Assembly: GCA_032718475.1 (NCBI GenBank)
Contig: JAUCBJ010001346.1
Coordinates: 16,475-80,474 of the forward strand
Direction of reading: 5' to 3'
Length of the DNA: 64,000 nucleotides
From: Nemertoderma westbladi
Lineage: Eukaryota > Animalia > Xenacoelomorpha
The translations under genes were made by a program, and so were the position numbers. Shown in pieces: positions 49,139 through 61,699 of the stretch (position 1 is the stretch's first letter; every line of letters starts with the position of its first letter). Below the pieces are notes generated by a model. That model worked only from the letters and a program-made list of their open reading frames with translations, searched no databases and was not told the DNA's origin.

Positions 49139-52100
49139 TTAGGGCAGTGAGTAGTAAGGCATATAAGACGGTTGGAGCTGAAAATTATGTAACAGTGTAC
49201 TATAATATAACTGGGGAGACAACATAAATAATTGCTGCAGGACTGAATTCAGAACAATAAGTAGTTGTTCATAAGAACAATGATTGACAGGACAATCGTG
49301 CTGCTGAACATGGGGGTAATTAATAAAAGCTGGGGAATTTGCAGAAATATACTGCAAATGAGTAACCCCAGGTGACGGTGTTGGTTGATGACTACACAGT
49401 TGATAAGGACTTCTTAGTGGATGTTGCCAACGATGTCCACGGCGACGTGCTGCAACATTAGGGTTCTCCAATCCTCGACCTGCACCATTATTATCACACC
49501 GTTGAAAAGGAGAAGCTGCTGGATTCAATTCCGGGGGTAAATGAACTGTAGAGTTCGTTATAATTGAGTCATCAATCTCGGAAATGTTACGGCGAGGAGG
49601 TAATAAACCGATATATCCCTCATCATCATCAGAACTATCCATAGATTCTGGTTGGATAGGCTTATTATGATGGTTAGGTTTAGGCTTGAGTTGTGTTGTC
49701 TTGATGGCTGGTTTCATATGTTTACCGTTGTGAACATGTTGATCCATATTCAAATAATAGCAGGGGAACAACATATTTCTATGAAGAGTTCGTGTTACAG
49801 AAGGATTAGATTCTACAACGACCTCATAGACTGGATTCTCTCCAAAACGTTTTTTGACAATATAAACATCCTTTGACCAGTATGATTGGATCTTTCTATG
49901 TGGTTGGTTGGGCTTTGTAGATTTGACCAAGACACGATCACCAATATCTATGTCATGTCCTCTAACACGCTTACTGTATTGCTCTGCACCATGGTCACCT
50001 CCTTGTTTACTATGTTTCTCAGCTAACTTGTATGCTTCAGCCATCGCCTGTTTGTACCTATCAGCATACTTTGAAGGTGAAGTCACGTTCTCTTCCTCAC
50101 TTGTCTCACAATCCTGGAAAACCAAATCAATAGGCAGACGCGGTGATCGCCCAAAAAGCAAATAAAATGGAGCAAATCCTGTAGAAGAATGGCGCGTACA
50201 GTTATATGCATGCACCAATTTATTCAGATGCTTGGGCCAATGTACCTTCTCAATGTCAGTTAAATTTCTCAACATGTTAAGTAGAGTTCTATTGAAACGT
50301 TCAGTCTTTCCCTCACACATGGGATGATAGGGTATTGTTCTAGAACGCTTTATACCTGTCATTTCAGCTAAACATTTAAACAGTTTATTATCAAATTCAC
50401 GTCCCTGATCATGCAAGATACGATGCGGGAATCCATAACGAGGTATAAATTCGTTGAAGAGCTTTTCAGCAGCTGTTTTACTTTCCTTATTTCTTGTTGG
50501 ATAACATTCAGCATGTCGTGTGAAATGATCCACTAGGACTAGTATGTACTTAAAGCCTGTCTTTTGAGTCTGATTTTCAACTAGCAGAAAATCTAGAGAA
50601 ATTAATTCAAATGGTTTAGTAGTATGAATTGAAACCATTGGAGCTCTATCAAGGATGTTTGGACGTCTTCGCTGAAGACATGGACATCTCCTATTGATAT
50701 ATGTTTCAACATCAGCTGTCATTCGTGGCCAATAAAAACGATCTCGTATTAAACTCAATGTTCTTTCAACAGCTGGATGGCCCATTTTAACATGTAATTC
50801 ATCTAATACAAAGTCTTTATAGCACCTTGGAAGAACCAACTGCGATGATTGATTAAACTTACGATATAAAAGGCCATTCTTTATAAAAAGCTTGCGAGAT
50901 TCTTTCAACAATAACTTCACATCTGGTTCTATACTCTCGCCAAACTTAGAGTCATCGCCATTTCTTTCCATCTTCTTAAGTACAGGACCAATAACAGGAT
51001 CTGAAAGTTGGCTATGTCGCAGTTCATTTAGTGGAATATGATGAAGAGTTTCTCGGTTAATTTCTTCATCATTCAAATCAGTACTATACAATTCAACTGA
51101 AATTGGAGCCACAAACAATTCCTCATAATGTTGTATTGAATCAAGATATGCTTTAAGAAAATCACCTGATAATACTTCTACTTCGCTACTATCAGTAGAA
51201 TTATTCAATAAACTTGGCAATCGTGATAGAAAATCAGCATCAACATTACTCTTACCAGATCTGTAAATAATATCAAAATTAAAATCACTCAATTCTGAAA
51301 CCCATCGAAGCCCTGTTGCATTTAGCTTCGCTGTAGACATAACATATACAAGAGGATTATTATCGGTATAAACACTGAACTTTGGAGCATATAACAAGTA
51401 ATCCCTAAATTTCTCAGTGATGAGCCACTTTAATGCTAAAAATTCTAGCTTTCCTGAATGCAAGTGATAGTTTTTCTCAGCCTGGGTCATGTCAATGATC
51501 GTGAGGCAAAAGCAATAACGCGCAGCTTATCATCTGCCTGTTTCTGATACAATACTCCTCCAAGCCCATGATTACTAGCATCAGTTGTTATAATAAATGG
51601 TTTCTCAAAATCAGGGTAGGCCATTATTTCAGATCCAACTACTTCATTTACAAGTGAATGTAGTGTCTTTAAATGTTCATTATTTAACTGAATTTTATCA
51701 CTAGAAAGCCTTTGGCCTGTCCTTGTCTTCTTAACAGTTTTGTCACCAGTCTTTAATATATCATAAAGATTAGCCGCCTTCTGCGCAAAGTTTCGAATAA
51801 ATCGGCGATAATAACTAAGGAAACCTAGCACACGACGTAGGTCACCTACAGTCTCTATATTCGAATCTTTGATCTTCAATACATCATCTTTAACCATAGG
51901 ATCTATATAATATCCACTGGAACTAACCATAAATCCCAGAAATTTAACTTGATGATGGAACAATATGCATTTCTCTATTTTCAGCTTGGCTCCAACTTCT
52001 CGTAATTTCTTAAATGCCATCTTTATGGTTTCCAAATGTTGTTCAAAAGTTGTATCATATAAAAAAGTATCATCTTGAAATGGGTTACAACATTCATCTC

Positions 52101-53760
52101 GCATATCCTCAAAAGTATCGTCCATCTTTCGCTGAAAACAACTAGGACCATTTGAAATTCCAAACGGAATCCGTATCCATTGGTATTGGCCCCATGGAGT
52201 TACCAAAGCAGTATAAGGGCGACATTCCTCTTTTACATACCCCTGATGATACGCTTTAGCTTGATCTAATAAAGAGTACCACTGTCGACCTCCCAGATTG
52301 TCTAATAAATCCTGCACTTTAGGTAGTGGATGTTCATCCCTAACAAGTTTCTTATTTAAACCTCGATAATCTACACAAATTCTAAATCCACCACATTTCT
52401 TTCTGACACAAATAAGTGGAGCTGAGTAAGGAGAGTTCGATTTTTCTACAAATCCCTTTCGTATAAGATCACTCAAATAATCTTTTACTTCCTTATATAT
52501 ATTACGAGGTATAGACTGATATGATTTCTTAACTGGAATTGAGTCTGTAAGCTTTATGTCCATTTGTAATGAAGGCATATTACCAATATCAAATGAGTCC
52601 TTGACAAACAAATCTTTATTATCGTGAAGTAGGGAATGGAGAAGGTTTCGTTGATCATCATTCTCAAGCTCCGTTTTTTTTTATCACAAATTCAATCTTT
52701 TCATCCATAGACAATTGAATTAGTATGGTCATCTATTGACTCTTTATTTACAGCATAAATCAGAGTATCTTCAGTCTCATCATCAGATTGAAGTAGGCCA
52801 ACTGGAAATATTGACTTCACAAAAGAAAGATGTCCAACCACTGTTAATGGTGGTAATCTCTGTACACTTGGGCCATTGTTTTCAATGAGAATTGATATTC
52901 TAGAAAGCAATTTATCTGAATCATCAACTGATACAAGGCCTTCCATAACCACAACATCGGGGATTAATTCAAGAAAATTATCATCCACTTGAAATAACAT
53001 CACATCATTTGCAATCAATGATTTCAATGAATACAAATTAACCCAATTTCTTCCTGGTTCAATAAACATTGGTTGCTTGTTAGTTCTTGCAGGGACCACA
53101 ATAAATTCATTATTAGTATTAGCCTTATTTACAAAATCACTAGCTTGACTAACTGAAATCCCTATCGCAGAAGCAATTGAAGAATTAAACATTGGTCTAT
53201 TGCTGTTAACCAATTCCAAATCCTTGCACATTTCCAAATAAACCTCAATAACATTATAACCTATAATTGGTCGAACTAAACCTTTTGTAGTTGCCACTAA
53301 TACGAGAACTTCTAGACAAATGTTTGACACATTAGCAATTTGATTTCCTGGAAAATCCATGAGCCGAAATGGAAGAGGAATCCAACCTAAGTAAGGAATT
53401 GTAGAACCATTTGCAGCCCGAATTAAAATTTCAGAATCCAGGAGTTCACTAATTGGTCTTATTGTAATATCATGCATTTTCTCAGCAACCCAAACACTAG
53501 ATACCACACTAACCTGTGCTCCAGAATCCCAAAAAGCCTCAGACTTTACATCACCTAACCAGCATGTTATAGTACATATATGCCCCACCAACTTTACTAG
53601 CCGACTACTATTGTTAGCCTCATTGCTACTAGTAACCAGACTACAAAGTTCAATTTCTTCAGCAAAACATGTACAACGTGAAATAATGTCTTTGTTAGGG
53701 GACTTTGCGAAGTAATCTATGGCCGTTGCCCGTCCCTCGGAAACGGACGGCTTGAGTTTT
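49139..53760 (-). pseudogene. Gypsy pol: protease, RT, RNase H, integrase; frameshifts near 52690 and 51488
   Basis: DSGAQVS, RICVDYRGLN, IPFGISNGP, FQDD (deviant from YxDD), TDASNHGLG, HxxMGH..CPC, VDHFTR, HDQGREF, KTERFNRTL. Confidence 0.95.
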
Positions 53761-54967
53761 CCTGATGCCGAGACTCACCTAAATTCTTGGCTCTATTCCT
53801 GCAACCACGAGCATAATGATCTGAGCTGCCACAATGAAAACAATGATCACAATGGACATCATCACCTCCTTCTATACGTAAACTACATTGCCTACAGCTT
53901 CCTCTATGGACATACATATTCTTAGTTGTAACTGGCTGCCCCTTTTCAGCTCTTCCAAAAAATTGCTTGATGCCTTCAGTTAAAGTACTAACCTGAGCCG
54001 TTAACAACTGAACATCTTCTCTCAGATTTCCACCATCTTTTTTCACAGTCTTAAGAAGACCAACTGAATGTAATCCTTCAGCTTCTACAGGCTTTCCATC
54101 ACCAGTACTAATTTCATTCAAAACAACCTTTGCTGAACCAGAAACTTGTTTGGAAAGTTTCGCACTTTTCAATTTTTGCTGTCGCTCAGACTCACGGCAT
54201 GTCGACTCATTAAGTGCTTCCAGCAACTCAACCTCAGAAACAACATTTTTTAATTCCAGTAGTGGCTTTAGATCACTTCTAACTACCTCATTTGTTAGAG
54301 CCATGTTAATAGTGCGCATAGTTACACGTCTCACCAACTCAATGTCATATTTGAATTGAGCACCATCTTCTTGAGAGGCAAATAGTATCTTTTGCTGTAA
54401 ATTGAATACTCGTAGAACAAATGACTGAGCATCTTCATTAGCTTCTTGGATTGAATTGAACAACTCATGATACACTTCAGTAGGACCTCTCTCACAGTAA
54501 TGTGTTCTAATAAATTTACGTAGCTCACCCAGGGTCAATGAATCACGACTTTCTAAGAAACTTCTTAATGGCAAATTCGGGTCAATTGCCTTTATCACAC
54601 CCATTACAATCTCACTGTCAGAGTAACCTTTATCTACAGCTGCTTGAATCTGCTTCAAAAGACTGCAATAAACTAATGTATCCTTAGAATTTCGATCCTT
54701 TATACTACCACTTACTTTAAGTTCACGTCTGTTATTTTTAATAAAATCCTGTGAATCCAAAACCTCAGCTTGTAATGTGTTGAACTTACCTGTAAACTTC
54801 GAACTTAAATCACCAATTGCCGATTCATTAGTTTCCCTTTGAGCTGTAGTTATAGCTGAAAACTGATCTTTCAAGTCACTGATTGTATTTTCATACTGCT
54901 GTCTTTGTGCATTTAAAGCCGCCTGAACAATTGCATCAACCTCTTCACGCTGCATTTTAACTAGCAA
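53717..54967 (-). CDS. Gypsy Gag (coiled coil, C-terminal CCHC knuckle CFHCGSSDHYARGC)
   Basis: Open 416-aa ORF downstream of the PBS. Confidence 0.9.
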   Translation of the reverse strand: MLVKMQREEVDAIVQAALNAQRQQYENTISDLKDQFSAITTAQRETNESAIGDLSSKFTGKFNTLQAEVLDSQDFIKNNRRELKVSGSIKDRNSKDTLVYCSLLKQIQAAVDKGYSDSEIVMGVIKAIDPNLPLRSFLESRDSLTLGELRKFIRTHYCERGPTEVYHELFNSIQEANEDAQSFVLRVFNLQQKILFASQEDGAQFKYDIELVRRVTMRTINMALTNEVVRSDLKPLLELKNVVSEVELLEALNESTCRESERQQKLKSAKLSKQVSGSAKVVLNEISTGDGKPVEAEGLHSVGLLKTVKKDGGNLREDVQLLTAQVSTLTEGIKQFFGRAEKGQPVTTKNMYVHRGSCRQCSLRIEGGDDVHCDHCFHCGSSDHYARGCRNRAKNLGESRHQENSSRPFPRDGQRP

Positions 54968-55468
54968 TGTAATGAACTAATCCGTATAGCAAACAGCAAA
55001 TTTGTTAGGCTGTAGGCCTGTATTATCTCTCTAATGGCAGACTGAATCGTAATAGGGAAATAGAACTAGGTAGTTTACACTTTCTGTCTGGTACCGGTAC
55101 CGGTACACTTCAGCACTTCCAACGTCTGAAAATCAGCATCAGCAAGTTTAAAAATATCTAACCTCATTATTTATTAGTCGAATTCACATCCACAAATGAC
55201 CCAATGAGTGAAAACTTTACAACTTGCAAATCAGATACCGGTATCGGCAATGCAGTAATATACGGTTGACAAGCCTATTTTCCATTATATCCATCCATAC
55301 TACCATATCCCAATCTTTATACATAACTGATCGTTCAAGGCCAGGTTTAATAAGCACAAGAAGTACAAGTACTGGTTTCCGTCACCATGCCAAAATCAAA
55401 TACAGTAGCCAGTCAGTAGCAGCTCCGGTCCGCCGGTACAGAGCACAACAATTTCTGAATTTTGACTG

Positions 55469-55486
55469 ATCTCGTCCGGGTCACCA
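55469..55486 (-). promoter_or_regulatory. Gypsy primer-binding site, tRNA-Trp-like
   Basis: TGGTGACCCGGACGAGAT versus the tRNA-Trp complement TGGTGACCCCGACGTGAT (16/18), 3 nt from the LTR. Confidence 0.8.
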
Positions 55487-55835
55487 AAATGTTACAGGGC
55501 TGCACGGCATTTCTGGAGTGTGAATTCCAAAGATAAAGAAATGAGTTATTTCAACATCAGTCAAAATATTTATTCGGCAGTTAGGCCTACTTAGTTAGTT
55601 AGAATACATAAATACATAATAATAATAATACATAAAATACATAACCCCAGCAGACAGACAGACGAACCTATATATATATATATCTGAATATAAAACCGTA
55701 CCGGTATCGGCATATCTACACTCCCTGACTCTTTCTAAACATCACCCTTCTATTCGATTCCACAAAAATCATACAGTACTATATATGGGTCAATGATAAA
55801 TAAAATAGGGTGGTCCCCTTATCATTTTACATTGG

Positions 55836-56895
55836 AATCCGAGGAGATTCAACCCACAGCACCCAGGAGTAGCGACAATGATTATGTGTTGGAATGGTAT
55901 CAGGGTCCACAATGTCTCACGGCATATGATTATCGGCATGCCAATTACATTTCTAGGAAACGTTGCCGATTATGTGCATCATGAAACCACTTTACCCCGG
56001 TGGACTCCAGCAAACCCTGCTCCTACTTTAAAGATCAAACCTATTATGGAGATTTATTGTGCGTATTGTAGACTCAATAATCTACACATCTTCGCCGTCT
56101 GTCCTCAATTTATGACTCAATGTCACCATTGTCAGTTCAAGGGATATGCAAGTTTCGATTGCCCTTTCAACCGTGATCTGGAGAGCGTAGACGAAACAGT
56201 TACCCTGCGCTTCATCAGAGCTTGGGAAGCTAACGCGGATCTCCATTGCGAATCACGTCACCGATACTATCCAGGACGTGCATATGAAGGAGTCTATGCG
56301 TTTCACCCATACCTCTTTGCATCCGTCGAACAAAATTCTCGCATTCCCAGTTACGAACTGATGAAGCGTGTTGGCGAGAATATTTCAACTAAATATGTTC
56401 GCAAATATCTTAGGAATATTAATCCCAATAACCTGAATTCCTATAAATTGATCAACTTCATCCGTCAAGATCAGGAATACAGCGACTTGATCATAAACTC
56501 GCATCCTGAATTACAAGAAATTCATAGATGACCCTATGAATATAAAGCCAGAGAACGCGAATTAGAGAGAACAATTAAACCGCGGAAATTTCTCACTACA
56601 CACAGTCAACCTACCGCTGTCGTACAAACGACCCATCAAGGACCGGTAAGAGCTGCCGTCCTGAAACGAGCTCTAAAGGTTGTTCGCCCTCGTTCCACCG
56701 ATGTTGACATCGATCAACCGGGTACCTCGACCGGCGGATACACCGACCGTAATCCAAAACCTTCTGATGCAATCGTATTGCACCCTTCACCCAGGAGTTA
56801 TAGCCCTCCTAGTAAAGTGGCTTGCGCCAAAGAGAAAAAGACTCTTACTAGTCTCAAAAAAACTTCGTAAACGCCGTTCACGAAAGAAGGACTAA
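55836..56895 (+). pseudogene. BEL accessory ORF2, 3' part: CCHC-type zinc knuckles and basic C-terminus
   Basis: In frame with the 5' part across the TSD (EEPICL|ESEEIQ). CRLCAS*NH, CAYCRLNNLHIFAVC, CHHCQFKGYASFDC; KKLRKRRSRKKD after a frameshift in an A7 run. Confidence 0.7.
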
Positions 56896-56971
56896 TAGTT
56901 TAGAGTATTTTTGTATTTTAGAAACTGTGATTTTATATTTTATAGACTTAAATCCCATTTTCTGGGAGCGG

Positions 56972-57492
56972 TGTAAAAGCTTTTGCAGACATAACAAGTC
57001 ATTTTCACGCAATGCGCAGAATACTCTAAAATAGCCCTAAAATTGTTCAACTATGCGTCGGAAAGAAATTAGAACCAGGATGACGAAATCTGTCAGCTGA
57101 TTCTTTGTGTACGTGGAGGTTTCTTTGTTCAGACTTATTCAGCCAATCAGAGCAATCTTCCCAGTTATGCCAGTAGAGACCTACCTGAGGAAACTAGCGC
57201 AATGCATTATGGTTATGGTTTTTCTGAGAATTAGATTCCTCTCAGGATTCTGTACTAAGTACGGTCGTTTCAGACTTTGGCCCAAGAACATCTGATGGCC
57301 TTAGTTATAAGAACGTAAATCTATTAACATTTTACCGACTTAACTACTCAATACGACGCATTGCACCAAACTGAACTTCATGAACACATACTGACTGTTC
57401 ACCGCACCGTTTTACTGCTGTTTTATATTGTGTTAATTGTTGTTTATATTAATGGATGTTATATTTGGAGAATACCGATAAATAATCATAAA
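56972..57492 (+). repeat. BEL 3' LTR, truncated after 521 bp
   Basis: Near-identical to 34987-35507, then abrupt loss of similarity. Confidence 0.95.
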
Positions 57493-57661
57493 TAAGGGGC
57501 TATTTTTCGAAATTAAAAAAATACACTTTGATAATTTTTTCCGAAACTTTTTTCCACATCCTGGCATTGAGCTGCGTCGATTGATATAACTTTCATTGAC
57601 TGACGAGCTATAGTTTCGGAGGAGTTAACCCGATATACATAGATAGATAGATTATGTAGAT
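57493..57661. mobile_element. Possible Helitron/Helentron-type non-autonomous fragment at the LTR truncation point
   Basis: Ends with a (GATA)n microsatellite and TATGTAGAT, resembling HINE/DINE-like ends. Weak evidence. Confidence 0.3.
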
Positions 57662-58189
57662 GGTGAATACTTTTACAGTAATAAGCCCTAACGGTCTTCT
57701 AATTAGAAACAAAAATCAACAGTGCGTTTTGGTTGGAGCGCTAGACATCCCATCCAGTTCGATCCCATCTGGACGTCAATGACGAATTTTCTAGACATTG
57801 CACGACGAAAATTATAAATATCAGGGCAACAAAAGTGAATAATTATTTGTTATTTTTGGAAATTATAGACAGTAAATCCGATTGTATAATTGTGATGATT
57901 AGTGGGTTCTCTACAACTTACCGATCGTGTGAAATCGAACCTCTATTTGTGATGGTGTAGAATATTGTGCATCTGTCACATGTCAACATTGAACACCGTA
58001 ATAAAAGCAACATCGATTAATTGCCTTCCGATGCACAAGCTGTATTCAGAACTAACCCATTAGAAGCTATGGTTGCAAAATCGATTGAAAACCATATGGA
58101 CTCACTTAAACTAAACACAGGTTGCCAAAAATTTCCACAAACTTTCTGAATTATTATCTACTATTACTAAGACTATAATCGACCTTAGA

Positions 58190-58427
58190 GTGCAGCTGCA
58201 CATAGAGATGATATCTTGGTTTAACGAAAATATTTTGCCACTACCATGCAATCCACAAATGGCGTGCCGCAATGCATTAATGCTATGAATGGTATGATAT
58301 GCTAATTATATGCCGGCTTATTGACAAAATTTCGTCTCCACAACCCCTTTCCCCCCATGATATTCGCGAGATTATCTGCATCTTCAAGGTCTGTGTCTTT
58401 TAAGATGCGTCTCAAGAAAGCCATGGG
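58190..58427 (-). mobile_element. Degenerate RTE 3'-end fragment
   Basis: catcttcaaggt..gtgtc.tttaagatgcgtctcaagaaag.catggg matches 43981-44029 and shares an extended tail with 19790-19990. Confidence 0.75.
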
Positions 58428-59324
58428 GGTAATGGTGAAAAATATCGAGACTTGAAAAATATCGAGAGTAAAAATAACGAGAGTAAAAATATCGAGAGTA
58501 AAAATAACGAGTGTTGAAAATTAACGTGTTTAAAAAATATCGAGAGTAAAAATAACGCGAGATGAAAAATATCGAAAATAACGAGTGTTGAAAAATATCG
58601 AGTGTTGAAAAATATCGAGAGTAAAAATATCGAGTGTTGAAAAATATCGAGAGTAAAAATATCGAGTGTTGAAAAATATCGAGACCAAAAATATCGAGTG
58701 TTGAAAAATATCGAGAGTAAAAATATCGAGTGTTGAAAAATATCGAGAGTAAAAATATCGAGTGTTGAAAAATATCGAGAGCAAAAATATCGAGTGTTGA
58801 AAAATATCGAGAGTAAAAATATCGAGTGTTGAAAAATATCGAGAGTAAAAATATCTTGTGTTGAAAAATATCGAGTGTTGAAAAATATCGAGTGTTGAAA
58901 AATATCGAGAGTAAAAATATCGAGAGTAAAAATATCGAGTGTTGAAAAATATCGAGAGTAAAAATATCGAATGTTGAAAAATATCGAGAGTAAAAAAAAA
59001 TCGAGTGTTGAAAAATATCGAGAGTAAAAATAACGAGTGTTGAAAATATCGAGTGTTGAAAAATAGCGAGAGTAAAAATATTGCATTTTGCTTGAGCATT
59101 TTATTTAGAATTATGGAACAATATTGCAGTGCATGGGTTACAACAGTGCATAAGATAAGATGAGATAAGTTTATTTTCCACAAAATAAATTCACAAACAA
59201 TAATAAGTTAACACCATAATTTCTGTATAATATAAAGTGGTAGGGAGATAGTTTTATAGCAACGCTAGTAAGTAACTACTGTATCTACCTAATGGGGTGG
59301 GAGGTGGGGGTGGTGGAGGGGGAG

Positions 59325-59362
<38 letters not shown>

Positions 59363-59947
59363 GTGAAAGGCATTATGTAATACACCTTGGGTACCCATTT
59401 ACCAGATTTATTATACTAGCTAGTTTTTGCTATTTTTTTTAATAAATATTATAAAAGAAGTGCTAGCTACTGTATAAATTTTGATAAATATTATAAATAT
59501 TGTTAAATATTATATTAGAACACGTACTGTATAAGCTACCAAATGTTGATAAATATTGTTGTTCTAGACCATTTTTAGTAAAAAAAATTATCATACAACC
59601 CTTATTTAAAAAAATTGTTACTATCGATATTTTTACTCTCGATATTTTTCAACATTCTATATTTTTCAACACTCGATATTTTTACTCTCGATATTTTTCA
59701 ACACTCGATATTTTTCAACACTCGATATTTTTCAACACTCGATATTTTTACTCTCGATATTTTTCAACACTCGATATTTTTACTCTCGATATTTTTCAAC
59801 ACTCGATATTTTTACTCTCGATATTTTTCAACACTAGATATTTTTACTCTCGATATTTTTCAACACTCGATATTTTTACTCTCGATATTTTTCAACACTC
59901 GATATTTTTACTCTCGATATTTTTCAACACTCGATATTTTTACTCTC
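58425..59947. mobile_element. Foldback-like element: inverted arms of 15/17-bp minisatellite around a ~540-bp spacer with a G tract
   Basis: Left arm 58436-59082 (AAAAATATCGAGAGT / AAAAATATCGAGTGTTG)n. Right arm 59622-59947 is the reverse complement. Left terminus GGGGGTAA as in the Mutator MITE. Confidence 0.7.
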
Positions 59948-60055
59948 ATTTTAGAGAAAATGAGCAAAGAAAATATGCCGACAGTGTTCAGTAAAACTGA
60001 ACGGACACAGGCGGTTTGCTTCAGTCGACTAAAGATTAATGATTTATCGCATCCA

Positions 60056-61620
60056 TACTACTACTACTACTAGGTCGAGCGAACTCGGACAGTGGAAATT
60101 AGATCCTTCCAGGCTTCCCGATTCTCCATAGTTGTCGCAATTTCGTTTCTCCCAAGTTCAGTATCCCTTTCAAGTTGATCTATATATGTTATGGCCGGTC
60201 GTCCACGACTACGCTTTCCATGAGTTGGTTGCCAGAAAAGTAGATATGGTATGACCTCGTCTTTACTTTGCCAGCAGTGCCCACTGAATCTTAATCTGCG
60301 TTCACGGAGGGTGGTTGATACAGGTGGTATTGTACCATAAAGCTCGGCGTTTGTCATGTGTTGTCTCCAGCTAATGTTTAGGGCTGCCCTTAGTAGTCTT
60401 GTGTATCAACCATCAATTCGTTGTTCAAGTGATTTAGTCAGTGTCCAGGTCTCACCCCCGTATATAAAAATACACTTTCCACTGTGTCTCGAAAGAACTT
60501 AGTCTTCAGGTGCCTGGAGAGATCTGATTTCCAGATGGTATACATTTTTGATAGATCTACCCAAGCCTTTGCTTTCCTAACTTCTATATCCTTTTTGCTA
60601 CTCTCTATCCATGACGCAAGGTACTGGAAGTCGTCGACCTTCCTTAGTTGATTATTATCAATGGTTGTCAAGTTTCCATCAACATTAAAGGTCATCAATT
60701 CGGTCTTGGTGGCATTTATATGCAATCCAGCCTCCTCAGCAGCCCTCTCCACTTTATTTAGTTGAAGCTGTGCATCTGCTTGCGTATTAGAGAGCAGGGC
60801 GATGTCATCCGCAAAGTCGGTGTCTGTGACTGTAGTTGCCGGATATCTACTACTTCTGCGTTCTTGAAGTGTGAATCCCAGGTCTTCACCCGTTTGTGGC
60901 CGTCCTCATTGCGTAATCCAGCACGATTACAAATAGTAATGGTGCTAATGTGTCACCTTGCAGTACGCCAGCCAGGATTGAGAAAAACCCAGTTTCACCA
61001 TCTGGTGAGAGTACCTGCGCTTCTGTGTCACAATATAACAATCCAATGCCAGCAACAATTACTTCTGGTATTCCATAAGCTCTTAGGATTTCAAGCATTT
61101 TACCTCTATGGATGGAGTCGAATGCCTTCTTGAAGTCCACAAAAGTCATGACTGCTGGGAGATTCTTTGCTAATTCCTTCAATCAGTCTCCATAGTGCAA
61201 GTATATCTGAGCTATTGTTGATCTATTTGGTCGAACTCCATTTTGGCTCTTACGCAGTAGTTTCTCTATATGAGGCCTAATCCTATATAGAATCATTTTA
61301 TTGTATATTTTGGCAGCTACCGCAAGCAGACAGATCCCACGATAATTTGTTGGTATACCGAGGTCTCCTTTCTTGGGGAGAGGCTTTAGTTGACCTTTAG
61401 TACAAATTGGTGGTGGCTTTTCCCCTTTTAACATCCGGTTGCAAACATTCAATAATGGTCTGTTTAGCACTCCTGTTTTCCATACCTCCGCTGGGATTTC
61501 ATCAAATCCACTCGCTTTATTATTGGACATGCTTTTAATGCTTCTTTGGAGTTCGGCAGGTGTGAAGTACCCTGTTTCTATATGTAGTGTCTTGTGATAT
61601 ATTTTCCTTGTAGGGCTGAC
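60056..61620 (-). mobile_element. 5'-truncated, frameshifted RTE-clade LINE of a second subfamily
   Basis: LPKKGDL..NYRGICL, FVDFKKAFDS, GVLQGDTLAP, TDFADD and RLRFSGHCW motifs, (TAG)n tail at 60056-60072. Confidence 0.93.
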
Positions 61621-61699
61621 CTCGATGTATGGTAATATAGGAAATATAGGTTTTCTTTTTGGAGTTATTACAGCCCTGGTGACTAACTGAGAAAACAAA

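Larger units (their letters stand above)
48336..55831 (-). mobile_element. Full-length Ty3/Gypsy LTR retrotransposon inserted in BEL ORF2
   Basis: LTRs 48336-48660 and 55490-55831 (TG...CA), 4-bp TSD TTGG, PBS, PPT-like tract at 48661-48675, gag-PR-RT-RH-IN order. Confidence 0.97.
34987..57492 (+). mobile_element. BEL/Pao LTR retrotransposon with long 3' accessory region, containing nested RTE and Gypsy insertions
   Basis: 5' LTR at 34987. 3' LTR at 56972 preceded by PPT-like TGGGAGCGG. 7 substitutions over 521 shared bp. BEL gag-pol lies between the LTRs. Confidence 0.92.

Noticed and set aside
46866-56895. env gene in the BEL 3' region
   Set aside because: No evident signal peptide or TM anchor; the motifs fit an exonuclease and zinc knuckles instead.
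58412-60073. ORFs of 152-224 aa rich in SRYFSTLDIF
   Set aside because: Translations of the 15/17-bp minisatellite arms.
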